A DNA stretch of 63,306 bases, counting the filler, from Collodictyon triciliatum (lineage: Eukaryota), in assembly GCA_043381765.1 (NCBI GenBank). It is 12 parts of 12 records of this genome, joined end to end, with 100 filler letters (N's around TTAATTAATTAA, not from the genome) between each part and the next. Parts side by side here need not be neighbours in the genome. Positions count along the whole stretch, not along the records: positions 29,225 to 34,994 come from JBHJMP010004903.1; positions 35,095 to 40,919 come from JBHJMP010004904.1; positions 41,020 to 46,843 come from JBHJMP010004905.1; positions 46,944 to 52,766 come from JBHJMP010004906.1; 8 more parts are not named here. The stretch is one strand, 5' to 3'. Shown one piece after another: positions 29,225 to 50,300 of this stretch; within the stretch, counting starts at the first letter, position 1, and each line of letters opens with the position of its first letter. The translations under genes were made by a program, and so were the position numbers. The notes under the pieces were generated by a model that was not told the origin of the DNA, searched no databases, and saw only the letters and a list, made by a program, of their open reading frames with translations.

Positions 29225-30233
29225 TTCTCCAGGAGGTCCCAGACCTGGGTTCGGGCAAAGGCTCAGAACAGATTCGTCAGGTCGGGCCACTCCCTCAGCT
29301 TTTGACAGAGCCTCATTCGTTGATTCCTTAAATGAACATCAAGAGTTTAATGACGACGGAACTACAAAGTCGAATAACGAGGTTCCTCCTGGTACGGGGA
29401 ATGTTTCTAAAGAGATGGAATCCTTTCAGGACGATGTAAATAATATCCAGGATTCGCCCCGAGTGGAGGATAATTCTCCTCCTGTGCATTATATTCCCCT
29501 CAGACATATCGATAAGAAACCCATACGACTTGCTATACAGCTCAACCTACAAACACATCCGATATCAAATGCAGGGTCTTTCGCTTCAAGAGCCGTATTG
29601 CTTCCTAAGCTGAATCAGAGTGATAAAAGAGCAGATGTGGATACATCATTAGGTGATGGTGTGATTAAAGACTGTAAAGATGAGGAAACTCATTCAAATG
29701 CGGTCCCCACGCATTGCAATACTCAAATAGAAAATGATAGTCATGCAACCAGCCCAAATTCAGAGAGGAAACAAGAAGAGCAGCAACAAGAACATCAACA
29801 CCAAGAGCAACACCAAGAACACCAAGAACACCAACAAGAACAACAAGGGCAACAAGAACAACAAGAACAACAAGAACAACAAGAACAACAAGAACAACAA
29901 GAACAACAAGAACAACAAGAACATCAACAAGAGCAACAACAAGGGCAACAAGAACAACAAGAACAACAAGAACAACAAGAGCATCAACAAGAACAACAAG
30001 AACAACAAGAGCATCAACACCAAGAGCAACACCAAGAACACCAAGAACACCAAGAACACCAAGAACACCAACAAGAACAACAAGGGCAACAAGAACATCA
30101 AGAACAAGAGCATCAACACCAAGAATACCAACACCAAGAACAACAAGAGCATCAAGAACATCAACAAGAGCATCAACACCAAGAGCACCAACAAGAACAA
30201 CAAGAAGAGCGAGGACAGCAAGAAATGGGTTGA
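29225..30233 (+). CDS. Second, diverged copy of the terminal exon of the preceding gene, with complete Q/E/H tract and stop
   Basis: 29225-29790 aligns to 28350-28915 with about 20 substitutions, followed by a (CAAGAACAA/CAAGAACAC)n tract ending QEMG*. Confidence 0.8.
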
Positions 30234-30632
30234 TGTGACAAATTGTATTCACTTGGTTTGCAACGCTACTATGTCCTTGTGTATAATTACTACCACGAAG
30301 GTATTATCCATAATAAACCAACGGCTTGGGCATCGCTTTCAGAAATTACAATCAAAAGTTATTTTTTCTCTTCCCTTTCCCCAATCTTGCTATTCGCGAA
30401 TAGGTCATTCGGTTTTGATAATGACTTGAGTTATTTTTTCTTCTATCGCGCCACTTTGGTGTTATTCTGCCGATATGATTTTAAGAGGTATGTTTTATAT
30501 ATAAAAGTGATATCCGCTTCGGACATGGGAGCATCAAACCATTATTTTGCTATTTTATTCTTTCTCTTTCCACTACACACTTTAAATATCTACGGGTGGT
30601 CTCGAAAGAGGGGCACTGTTTCCTCTCATGCT

Positions 30633-33307
<2,675 letters not shown>

Positions 33308-34747
33308 CTTTCCTGGACAATATGAAAAAAATTATATAAAGCTAGCTGCATATAAAATAAAAAGTAAAATAGTAACAAAAATACAAAGATCTCTTCAGGG
33401 CGGGCGTAAGACACAGACAAAAGATCGCGGCAAAGATAAACAATAATGATAGGAGTCCAGTTTTCGTGAATTGTTGTGATTCCTCTGCTCAAGTCAGGCT
33501 TTTGCTTCGGGCTTTGTTTACTTTCCGCCCACTCACTCGTTTTCTCCTACGCAGCTAATTGAGTGGCTTTTCTGCTTGCGAGAAAGAGCAGGCGCCAGGA
33601 AAGCAAATTAATGAAGTAAATGAAACATGACACAAGAATCACTAACAAACAGGATCGCAAAGAACAGCGGAAGATGGGCAGAAGATTCAATCAGAAAAAA
33701 CTATTTAGTTTGATAATACTGAATCATCCATGAAATTTGAATTAACTGGGTATTTTCTGAAACTCGTTTCCTCAAGGAGGCCGCTATCAAACAGGAACGC
33801 AGGGCGCAGGCTTTGCGGCTTCCGGTTCTTCAGTGTTTGTGGTTCTCCAGCCGCGATGATTTTATATGCTTTCACAAGTTATATTGACGGGAAAGGTGGT
33901 GAGTTGTGGGATGTAAAACCTCTGAAACATTGAATGTGGCATCTGTTCGTGCGGGTGGCAATCAGACATAGTGTGCAATTCTAGTCGGACTGTGCTTGTG
34001 ATATGAGTGTGATGGCAAGGGCATCACATTAAAAGGGAGACTCCCGCTGGGTTGTATAAAACTAATATCACATATGTAAATGAATAAAAAAAATATAAAG
34101 CAACACCCTACCAGAAGATATGCTAATGGTCTATTACTGCTTTGTATTATGATCGATGTGCATCTCTCGAAACATTTTCCTTGTCAAATAGATACCAACC
34201 AAGGCACATATTACAGGTGATACCACCCACTATTCGCTGTGACACATTATTGGTTTTAAATGAGTGGAGATGAATGCTATTCTAAAATTCAGTCTTTTTA
34301 ATTCAATATATTTGAAATTAAGTTTCCATCGCCGCAGATTGTATATCAAAATCGAAGGGCGTTACGAATAAAAAAAAATTACGAGGATGAGACCACTTTT
34401 TTAAAAAATACTAAATATATTATAGCTGAAAAAATTGCATCTCGGAGATGAAGTTGTGCCAGCATTATTTTTTCCTTTATTCGATTCAAAATGCCGCGAG
34501 GATTATGCCATACAGAGGGGCAAGATAGGTGCGCGGGATAGAGAGCAAACGCGAGTAGGAGAAGATGTTACTAAGAAGAGGCTAGCACTGGTAAGAACTC
34601 AGTGGGCGAGTTGGTCAGGTGGCCATCCCAACTGGTTGATTGGTTGCGTGAGTAACAGGGGTTGAATATGTGGTGAGAGATATCGCACGACATGTTTCCA
34701 CATCTCTATTTTCTTGCAGTCAAAGTAGCGAAGACTGCTGACTTCCT

Positions 34748-34994
34748 TCATCCTTGTGAATATTTTTCTGTGATGCGTATAGTTTCGGCCCAACGACTCA
34801 TCTTCTCCGGCTTGTAGGGATTCGGGCTGAAGATTTTATATCGGAAGAATTTGGAGTACGCCATGGCCATCGACAATTGCGGAGAATCAGGCGTAATGGA
34901 CCGCCTTTGGTTCTTCAGGCGAAAGAAAAATGGCGACGGTGCTCCGTATGAGATGGGACGTCGTGAGCGCCATTCTCCTTTGTTGTTCAGGACG
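34748..34994 (-). CDS. Possible terminal exon of an unknown gene
   Basis: GC-richer open frame from the contig edge (VLNNKGEWRSRRPISYGAPSPFFFRLK...EKYSQG*). No family recognised. Confidence 0.3.
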
Positions 34995-35248
34995 NNNNNN
35001 NNNNNNNNNNNNNNNNNNNNNNNNNNNNNNNNNNNNNNTTAATTAATTAANNNNNNNNNNNNNNNNNNNNNNNNNNNNNNNNNNNNNNNNNNNNAAGAGA
35101 GAGAAAAAGAGAGAGAAAAAGAGAGAGAAAAAGAGAGAGAAAAAGAGAGAGAAAAAGAGAGAGAAAAAGAGAGAGAAAAAGAGAGAAAAGAGAATACATA
35201 CAACACTATTCAAAATATTGATTTATTTGGAATGGAGTAGATTCTAAC

Positions 35249-37446
35249 CGGAACTTGTAAGGATCTTACTAATTGCATAAAAGCAAGAGTCTATAGCAGA
35301 TCGATGAATGGTTTCCAATAGTTGAAATAGAATTGGAACGATTCCAGAGTGCTCAGCAATGTCAGAGTTTTTTTCTTTTCAGGAAAATCATTTAATTAAT
35401 TATATAGTGAGGGGACTAATATAATTAAATGGTTGATAATTTATAATTATGTATGGCCCAGCTTAATCTTATTTTATAAGACATATTACTCTATTCACAG
35501 ATAGGCATGTGATATAATTTTTTAAAAGAAAGGAATGACAGAGGGAAAATACAGAGTCCATTTGGTAGGAAAATTGGTGTGAGAAAACACCGAAGTCTAA
35601 TAATTGAAACGTACGATTGGATATACAGGCGGACCCCAAAGCATGATATGTCCACTTAAGGACATCGATGGGCCAATTGGAATGGCTTTCTTCTTTAATA
35701 ATGTATAATAACGACCCCAAAGTTCCAGTTTTTAGACAACTGTTTCGACTTTGTTCTATTTCAATAATGACGTGTTTTTTTTTGTTTTTTTAGAATTATA
35801 CACAATGTATATCAAAAAGGAAAAGGAAAAGGAAAAGGAAAAGGAAAAGGAAAAGGAAAAGGAAAAGGAAAAGGAAAAGGAAAAGGAAAAGGAAAAGGAA
35901 AAGGAAAAGATAGCGTCTCAAAGGAAAATGTTAATTTCAACAAAAGCTGAATGAAAACCACTAGATACCAACATATGCACAACATACCATCTCTCTCATA
36001 GATTTTCTGAATGATACGAAGTAGTACTAAAATCAGTTGAAAAGACATCATAGAACTCTTTACATCCTGATTCAAATACACTCCATTCTTTCCTTCGCTC
36101 TCACATTCATCATCTGTTCGGACTAGGTTGCAGAATTTAAAGGATATTATTTCTATCCCACTTTCACAATTTTCTCGGATAAGATCGATGCTTTCTAATG
36201 AAATATATGAATAATTTCTATTCACATTTTGATTACGTATTTATAGATAAACCCGTGTATACGCTATCGTACTTTTTGAAAAAACGAAATAACAATATTT
36301 AGGGTTCATCAAAAAAAAAAATTAGAAACGTAAGAATATGTGAAAAATGTATGATGTTTAAGAGAAATTTCGGATTTGTGGCATCAAGTGGCATGATATA
36401 AATATGCAGTCACTGATGCAATCGAAAAAAAAAAGGGAAAAAAAAAACTCGCACCAATATCTCCTGTTATGTTCCATAAAGTAATTGCTGCTCTATATGA
36501 AACTGAAATATTCTGAGATTGGAGCATTCGAAGCAATCCAATGATTATATTAGACTGATAGACAATTTCCCTTGGAGAATCTACAAAAAAAAATAATAAT
36601 CATAAATTCATCACATTGATTATCAACCAGGATTTTGCATCGAATAACATTACGACTTAATCAATCAGTAAATCATTATTTTGGTTAATCATTACGAAAT
36701 AAAAAAGGGCTTTCATTCATGTTTACCATAAAGGCGAACACAGCGACTTATTACAATGCATGAGAGAATTTGAATATCTTGATTAGTTGAATCCAGCAGA
36801 GGAGCCAATAAGGAAACAATATCAAAAGAGGCCAGTTTTCGTGCACACCATACTATTCAATTTTTTTTGAAAAATTCAATTCAGAAAAGGATGCTCTTTT
36901 GTGGCCCAAAGTACGAAAAGAAAAAAAAAGCAGATTTATGAAATTTTAGTTGTTTTTCTTCTATTTTTTACTGGATAGGCTCATGGATAATAGGCACTGT
37001 AGTGATGCAAAGGCAACATCTTCTTCTAATATTGGGTATTTCAACACAGATATGATATATTCTAGAGCATCACTTCTTTGATGCGTATCTCCCAATTGAT
37101 CTATTTTTGATGTTTTTGAACTTCAGGAACTCTGAACTTGATACCACATACAAGCAGGATATTTATGCAAAGTAATAATAGTAATGATAATTATAATTAA
37201 TAATCTCGGAGATATCAATATGTAGAAAAAGAAGTGATATTTTTATATATAATAATTCGCCACCTTCTTTTACGAGACAGGAGATTAGTTTCAGAGTCCA
37301 AAGTAATATGTCGGGACATTTTGTCTTGAAACACTCCATTACTTTCGAAAATGTTAGCACCTTTTCAAGGGAATTAATGTTGTTCCCTGTTCACATAATT
37401 TGGATGGGATTAAAATATAGTATATTTATATGACTTTCAAAACTAA

Positions 37447-37534
<88 letters not shown>

Positions 37535-40500
37535 AAAGAAAGAAAAATAAATAATAAAGAAAGAAAGAAAAATAAATAAACTCTGGATGGTTATACAGTT
37601 ATCATTGACGCATTCCCATATGATTTTGAGAGCAAAAGGGCTGAGCTGGTCATCTGGATGGATATAATTCAAGAGAGAGTCGAAAGTCTTCTTCATCTGG
37701 AAGGACATGTGCTTGGAAACTTTTATTTAAAATAGAATTTGCATTACTATAAAATTCAAATAACTCTCAATTTGAATCATAAATTCGGCCTTAAGATCGA
37801 AAAGAAATCATGAATAGTGTCCTATTAAAAAAAATATTACCATGGGGAATTGAAAAACATGTTGCTAATGCTTTTACAGCAGCCTTTCTCTGGGCTTCGT
37901 TTCCAATATGAAGATATCGTAAAACGAAAATTAAACCTCCGTTTAAGAAAATAACAACCTTGTTTGAGTCTAAATCCCATTTTTTTCGATAATTAGTGAA
38001 TTTATATTGTTAAAGATGATTTTTTTTTTTTGGATAGCACCAAATACACATGAATAAATTAGCTGCAAACCATGTTCACCACAGCATGCTACCAAAGATT
38101 CTAATGCATCTACGACGTCCTCATTTGATGATAGTTTCAAATAATGTAATAACGCTTCCATGACACTAACTCGTCGAGCCTCTTCCTGACATGATTCTAG
38201 TATCATACAGTATTCATTGAGCGGAAAAAAAAGAGAGCTAATTTTAAGATGCATTATGGAAATGTACCATTTTTAAAACAAATATGGCCCAAAGCTTTAA
38301 CAGCCTCTCTCTGCAATGAATTTTGATCTGAACGACATATGGTTTGCGACAAGTACTGGATGATTCCCTGGTTTTTAGCCATTTCTTGGCACTCAACTAA
38401 GAGATTTACAAAACATCGCAACCTCGATTTAATTTTTCCCGTATATTCCATAGAATAACATAATATATAGATATATTATTAAATTCGAGTGAAGAGGATT
38501 TGATGCATCTAAGTTTGTCCTGTAATATAGAGCATACCTTGGTTTTTGCACAGCTGTGATATAATTTTGATCGCGATTATCTGACTTGGGTCACCGCGAT
38601 ATAACTTCACATATCGGACAACACACTCTATAATCCGTGAATTTTTTATGACCTCCTTGATCTGATCTAAATGTTAATGGATACTTCAGAGCAGATATAC
38701 AATTATGATTCATCACCATGAAGCTTCTTGAGTTAAATTCGACTAACAGTCATTTTGGATGCACGAAGAAAGGGTCTTTAGAGAAAGTTCCCTCATGTCT
38801 AGTCTAGCTGATTCGAAAAGGTTGACAATCGCTATGAAGCCCGAGGACATGACGATTCTGCAGTTAGACTCTGTGGTGGATGATAGATAACCAAACATGA
38901 ATTTTTGAAGATATCACAAGAAAATCGTACCATTTTGCTGTTACTTCGACACGACTATTAGGTGTGATTGAATAATCAACAGCTTTTTTTTTTTAAAAAA
39001 AAATTAACAGACTCTGAAAAATGAAATGTAATAAATGAAAGAGTACCACAGTTTTGAACCGATTCAAATACAGCCCTATTTGATGCATGTTGGACAACAG
39101 AATCGGATGATCTCAGTAATGCAATCAAGGTGGTAAGCGCACCGCATTCCTGGACTATGGTCTTTGTTACAGCTACATGAGATACACCACTTAAAGAGGA
39201 TATTGTAACATACTATCTATATGACGATATCGTGAAGAAAAGTCAGAGTTAAAATGCCTTTAACTACAAGCTTGAGAATTCAACCATCCTGCACAAAATT
39301 GAAAGGAAGAATAAAAAAATACATGCTTGAGAATGATTTCATTTCAAAAATAATCGCAATAAATAAACAAACAAGTAAATATACATATTAGACCCCAAAA
39401 ATGTCCAACTTGTACGTTACGCAGAGAAAAATATGAGAAATTAATAATCGATATAAATACAAACGACACACTCGCATGCAGTCACCCAATAAATATGCTG
39501 CCGCGGCCTGGACTGCCGTGCTTTTGTGCCACAACAGAAGGCCGACATCACGAAAGAGATTCCCCACGAAGGATGAGGCTGAGCTTTGACTGTCGTCTGT
39601 GCTTTCGTCGATGCTTGAGCTCTTTGTCATAGAGGAAGATGCCACTGAGAGGGTCGAGGAGGTTGAGTCGAAGGAATGGCGGGGAGCAGCACTCACAACC
39701 TCTGTAATTGCTGGCAACGTAGACACACACCGAAATGGACTTTGCGTTGAAAACGTCTGATTTTGTACTGAGGCACTCAGACTGCTTGGAAGTTGGCCCC
39801 TTTGTGGGGTTTGTTGGAGAGGCAGTTTGCTTGAACTTTGCGGCGAGGTCCTCTCGGCGCTAGCCTTTGGGATATGAGGGCACTCCCAGCGTTTGGCGGA
39901 CTTGGCCCATTCAACCTCGTCTGCATGAAGGGAAGCTTCAGAGACTAATCAGAGTGTCGATATTGACTCCATATAGCCAGAAGAATAGAGGGGAATCATT
40001 TATTTATTTATATATATTTGTGCACAGAAGGAAAGAGTAAATGACGGTGTTGCGAAGGAGCATGACCAAGTCAAGCCATACCGAGTGTCCCTGTGACCGC
40101 AACGCATTCCAAGCGGCGGAAAGAGTCCATTCGGCGGTCGGTAACGTGGTCTTCGATGGAAAACCTGCCTGAGGAACGACTGAAAACCCCACTCCACATC
40201 CCAGGCAGGGTCACACTGGATTCTGCCTGCCTTGCTTCCGCTGTTTGTGTCTTTTCAAACCACACGACTTCCTGGAAGCGCTGCTTGATTGTACACTAAC
40301 AGTTTCTGAAGTCAGCCCGTTAATTAACTCTCTTTCTTTTATTTATTCACCAGGCATAACCACAGTCCAAACAGAATCGTTGCGTCGTTCAGGCGTCGAG
40401 AACACCCTGCGTTGGGTCAGCCACGCTCACCTCCTCCAACCCGCGAGACAGCTTCGCGAGATACCCTTCGTGCGCTTGGTGCTCTTGCGTGATTGTGTGT

Positions 40501-40609
40501 GGGAATGCTGGCTGAACAACGACGGTAGTTTCTCGTCTGGAGGTGACTTTGGGAACGGACGTGGCTATTGCCTGTTTTTGGGTCTGTTCCCAACCGATGA
40601 TTTTCATTC
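35249..40609 (-). CDS. Armadillo/HEAT-repeat protein with Ser-rich N-terminal region (3' truncated)
   Basis: About 18 phase-consistent exons. Repeats include IVQECGALTTLIALLRSSDSVVQHASNRAVFE, NQGIIQYLSQTICRSDQNSLQREAVKALGHIC and SNIIIGLLRMLQSQNISVSYRAAITLWNIT. Confidence 0.85.
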
Positions 40610-40841
40610 CTGGCAGCGAGATATAATGACTATTACATCAGGATGTTAAAACTAATCGTTGTATGCATCCGTAAGAAACAAATCTGATATGAAACAATAT
40701 TTTCCAGATTTTGTCACGTGACTAATCAGGAATGATAATTTCTGGAAAATATGTTCATTATATTTTATTAATAACAATAATAACAATAATAACAATAATA
40801 ACAATAATAACAATAATAACAATAATAACAATAACAATAAC

Positions 40842-40919
<78 letters not shown>

Positions 40920-41187
40920 NNNNNNNNNNNNNNNNNNNNNNNNNNNNNNNNNNNNNNNNNNNNTTAATTAATTAANNNNNNNNNNNNNNNNNNNNNNNNN
41001 NNNNNNNNNNNNNNNNNNNAAATCAAATCAAATCAAATCAAATCAAATCAAATCAAATCAAATCAAATCAAATCAAATCAAATCAAATCAAATCAAATCA
41101 AATCAAATCAAATCAAATCAAATCAAATCAAATCAAATCAAAACATTCAACCAAATCGGAAAGAGGGGGAGTCAAAATTATAATAAC

Positions 41188-46721
<5,534 letters not shown>

Positions 46722-47214
46722 CTGTATGCATTCATTCATTCGTTTGTTTTTTGTTTGTTTGTTTGTTTGTTTGTTTGTTTGTTTGTTTGTTTGTTTGTTT
46801 GTTTGTTTGTTTGTTTGTTTGTTTGTTTGTTTGTTTGTTTGTTNNNNNNNNNNNNNNNNNNNNNNNNNNNNNNNNNNNNNNNNNNNNTTAATTAATTAAN
46901 NNNNNNNNNNNNNNNNNNNNNNNNNNNNNNNNNNNNNNNNNNNTTTTTTTTGGTTTTTTTTTTTTTTTTTTTTTTTACATATGCGGTTGTATTCGATTTG
47001 TGTGTGCGGTGGGCTGATGTGAGCGCGATGTCGTAAAAGCAAAGTTTGGACTCATGCGCCGGCAGAGGAGTGGTCAACCTCTTGGAACATACTCCACTCT
47101 ACCTCTCCCACACTCGAGTTCATTTTGCTTCTCCTTGCATAGAGTTCAGGAAGGCCCTTCTATTTCTCCGTTTCCTTTTTCTATTTGTTTTCATTTTTTA
47201 TTTTTATTTTTTTA

Positions 47215-47246
<32 letters not shown>

Positions 47247-47383
47247 TTCTCCTTTTTCTTTTTCTTTTTCCCTTTCCCTTTCCCTTCCCTTCCCCCTTTA
47301 CATTATTAGCTTAGTTGCTAACGCGCAAAACTAGGAATAGAGGGTCTCCCGAAAGTTGCATACTCACGCTTTGCTCTGGAACG

Positions 47384-50300
47384 ATGTAAGTGAGCGGTTC
47401 ATCACAGAACCAGCCTCTTTAGCTTTCATGCACGTTCTTTCTTTTTCTTTTTCTTCATTTTCTGTTACTTCATTTCCGACTTGAAAAAAAAAACGAAGGG
47501 TGGCAACTCATTGAGAGTGGATAGCTTGTTGTGTGAAGCCTCCTCTATGTCATTGACTCAATCGCCTTATGTTTCTGAAGGTCACGCCTTTGTATAAAGA
47601 ATGTTCCAGACTACATAAAAGAGCCGAGGTTGAGAAAACACTTCGAGTCGAAAGGCGTTGTGACCGACGTTAAAATTGTTCGAAATCAGTAAATTTTAGT
47701 TTCATGTCATTAAAGATTCGTGTAATTTAGTAGATGGCAAGTTCTCTAGTCAAATACGTGCTTGCATGAGCTTTTTTTTATATATATATAAATATATGCT
47801 ATTAATATATTTGTTTCCAATTATGATCTGTAGATAAAAACCTTTGCCTTTCTATTCATATCAACTTTAGTTTAATTTTTTTTTCAAAACTAACTCAAAA
47901 AATATCTGTCGCATAACATGTCAATAAACCTAAAGACGAGGTGAGTCGAGAAAAATGGCATTCATCGGATTCCGCACGGAAAAAGAAGGCAAAACAGCTA
48001 TGAAATACTTTGACAACACTTACATCGACACTTGCAAGATATCTGTGGAGATAGCTAAAAAGGTTCGTGCACAAATGCTAAAATATCAATGGTACAAAAA
48101 TTCCCAAGCTTTTTACACCTTTTATGCATACTTTTTTTTCTTTTTCTTACCTTTCCTTTAAAATGAACGACATGTTTTTTTTTATTTTTATTACCATTTG
48201 TATTTCCAATCATTTTACATAAAAAATAATCACCAATCTTAACCTTAAATGATTGAATTCTGAAGCCTGGAGACAACAGTCTTCCCCGGCCGTGGAGTAG
48301 ATACTCAAAGGGTTCTTCTGCATATGAAAAATCACATCCCGAAGAGGCCAAGGCCTCCGAAAAGAACCAGCTTAAAAAAGAAGCCAATTCCAAGGAACAG
48401 GAAAATTTGAAAGAAGGAAAAGGATGGGATGAAAGGCAAAAGGCTATTATGGAAAAGTAAGCAATTATTACATGGAAACTGGCTGGCAATACGCACAGTT
48501 TTTTTATTTTGAATTTTTTTTTAATCAAAACCAACTCTTTTATCATGTATCCTCTCTAAAAAAATTTGTCGAAAAGAGGAGCTTGTAGAGTAGATACTCT
48601 ATTTTCCCCTTAAATAAATAAATAAATAAATAAATACGTAATTGGCAAACAACCCAACAATAGGCTTAAGCTAGACCAAAACGATCCAAAGTTGAAGGAA
48701 TTCTTAACGGTGATGCAACCTAGAAAACATGATCAATTCTTTTGGGCAAATGACGATGCGAAAACCCTTCCCGCGTAAATATATCTCGTTTGATAGCTTT
48801 AAAATATTTTTTTTTAATTGTAATGCCCCTCTCTTTTTATCCTTCACAAAATTCTGCAATGATGAAAAAAAATCATAAACAAGCCGAGATTTATAATAAG
48901 AAAGAAGAAGAAAGTCCACATAACCTAACATTTTTCCATTTTATATATACATATCGATATCTGATATGTCATCAGTCCTAGCAAAGTCAAATCTGTGTCG
49001 CACGAGAAAGTAGCCTCCAAAAAACCTGGAGGAGAAGGAGTTTTTCTTGAGCGTTCCCACATCAAGTTTGAAGACGATGAAGACAGGAGAGGAGGATCTG
49101 ATGACGAAATGTATGACGAAATCCCAGAAAAGAATCGCTACCAAGAGGCTCAACAAAGCATTCAGGATATTGATTTAGAAACGAACAAAGAATCCGTTGC
49201 ATACAATCCAAAGCTGTCTGATTTGGATTATCTTCGCTCAAAAATGAAAAAACCTACAGAACAGGTATTTCTTTCTTCAAGAATTATTGATTTAGCATTA
49301 AGTATTGAGCTGAATTTTGGAAACTAACCTTCATATGTGCATGAGTCCCGTTTAGACAGAGAAAGAGGAAGAAGATGAAAGTGAAAAAGATATCGAGGAA
49401 GAGGAAGAGGAGGAGGAAGAGGAGGCAGATAGAAATGAAAATGAAAATGGAAATACAAATAACACAAACCATTCTGATGCCAAACCTGGACAAGAAGGAT
49501 CGAATCCGAAGCAAACAAATCCATTCGACCAAGCACAGGCCAAGAGAGACGAATCATCAGATGATAGCGATGATTCAGACGAAGAGGACCAAAAAGATAA
49601 AGAAGAAGATTCGGAGCAGCTCGATGACACAGGTCGCCTATATGTCACAAACTTTCCGTATTCCGCGACTGATACTGAACTGAAAAAACACTTCAGAAAG
49701 TTTGGGGAAATATCAGAGGTATCTCTTCTTACTTTTTCTTTCTTTTCCTCTTCCCCGGGCGGATATTTATGTGTCTCTTTTGCTTCGATTTCCTCCAAAA
49801 AAAAATTCATCTTTTCTGATAGAATCACTATTTCCTTTGATGTCTTTCATCAGTTGCGTATCTTTCATACATGTTGCTCCGTCATCTCCTTTATATTTTC
49901 ATTCATTTTTTTATTTTTAATGTCTTTTTTTTGGTCTGCTGTGGACATACGAAAATAATAATAAAAATATTCTTTTATTTATTAGACTGGAGATAAACTG
50001 ATTCTCCAATTTATTATCAACAGATACACATCGTGATGGACAAGGATTCAAAAAAATCCAAAGGGTACGCATTTGTACAGTACATGATACCAGAAAATGC
50101 TCACCGCGCTCTCAGAGAACTGAACAACTCTATATTTGAGGTAAGTATCGACCAACTTATTCATATATACACTAATGTAAGTTCCAAAGTAACCATAAAA
50201 AAAATCCATTTATAGTTTTTAATTATTACTAATAGTGGTTATCTAAATTGAATAACATACAGAGCTCGCTCTAGACAATTATCTTTTAAATCATTTTAGG

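Noticed and set aside
29665-30429. Long hydrophobic (LV/LF) and KN-rich ORFs, and similar poly-I/Y/F ORFs elsewhere
   Set aside because: They are alternate frames of the Q/E tract or translations of microsatellites.
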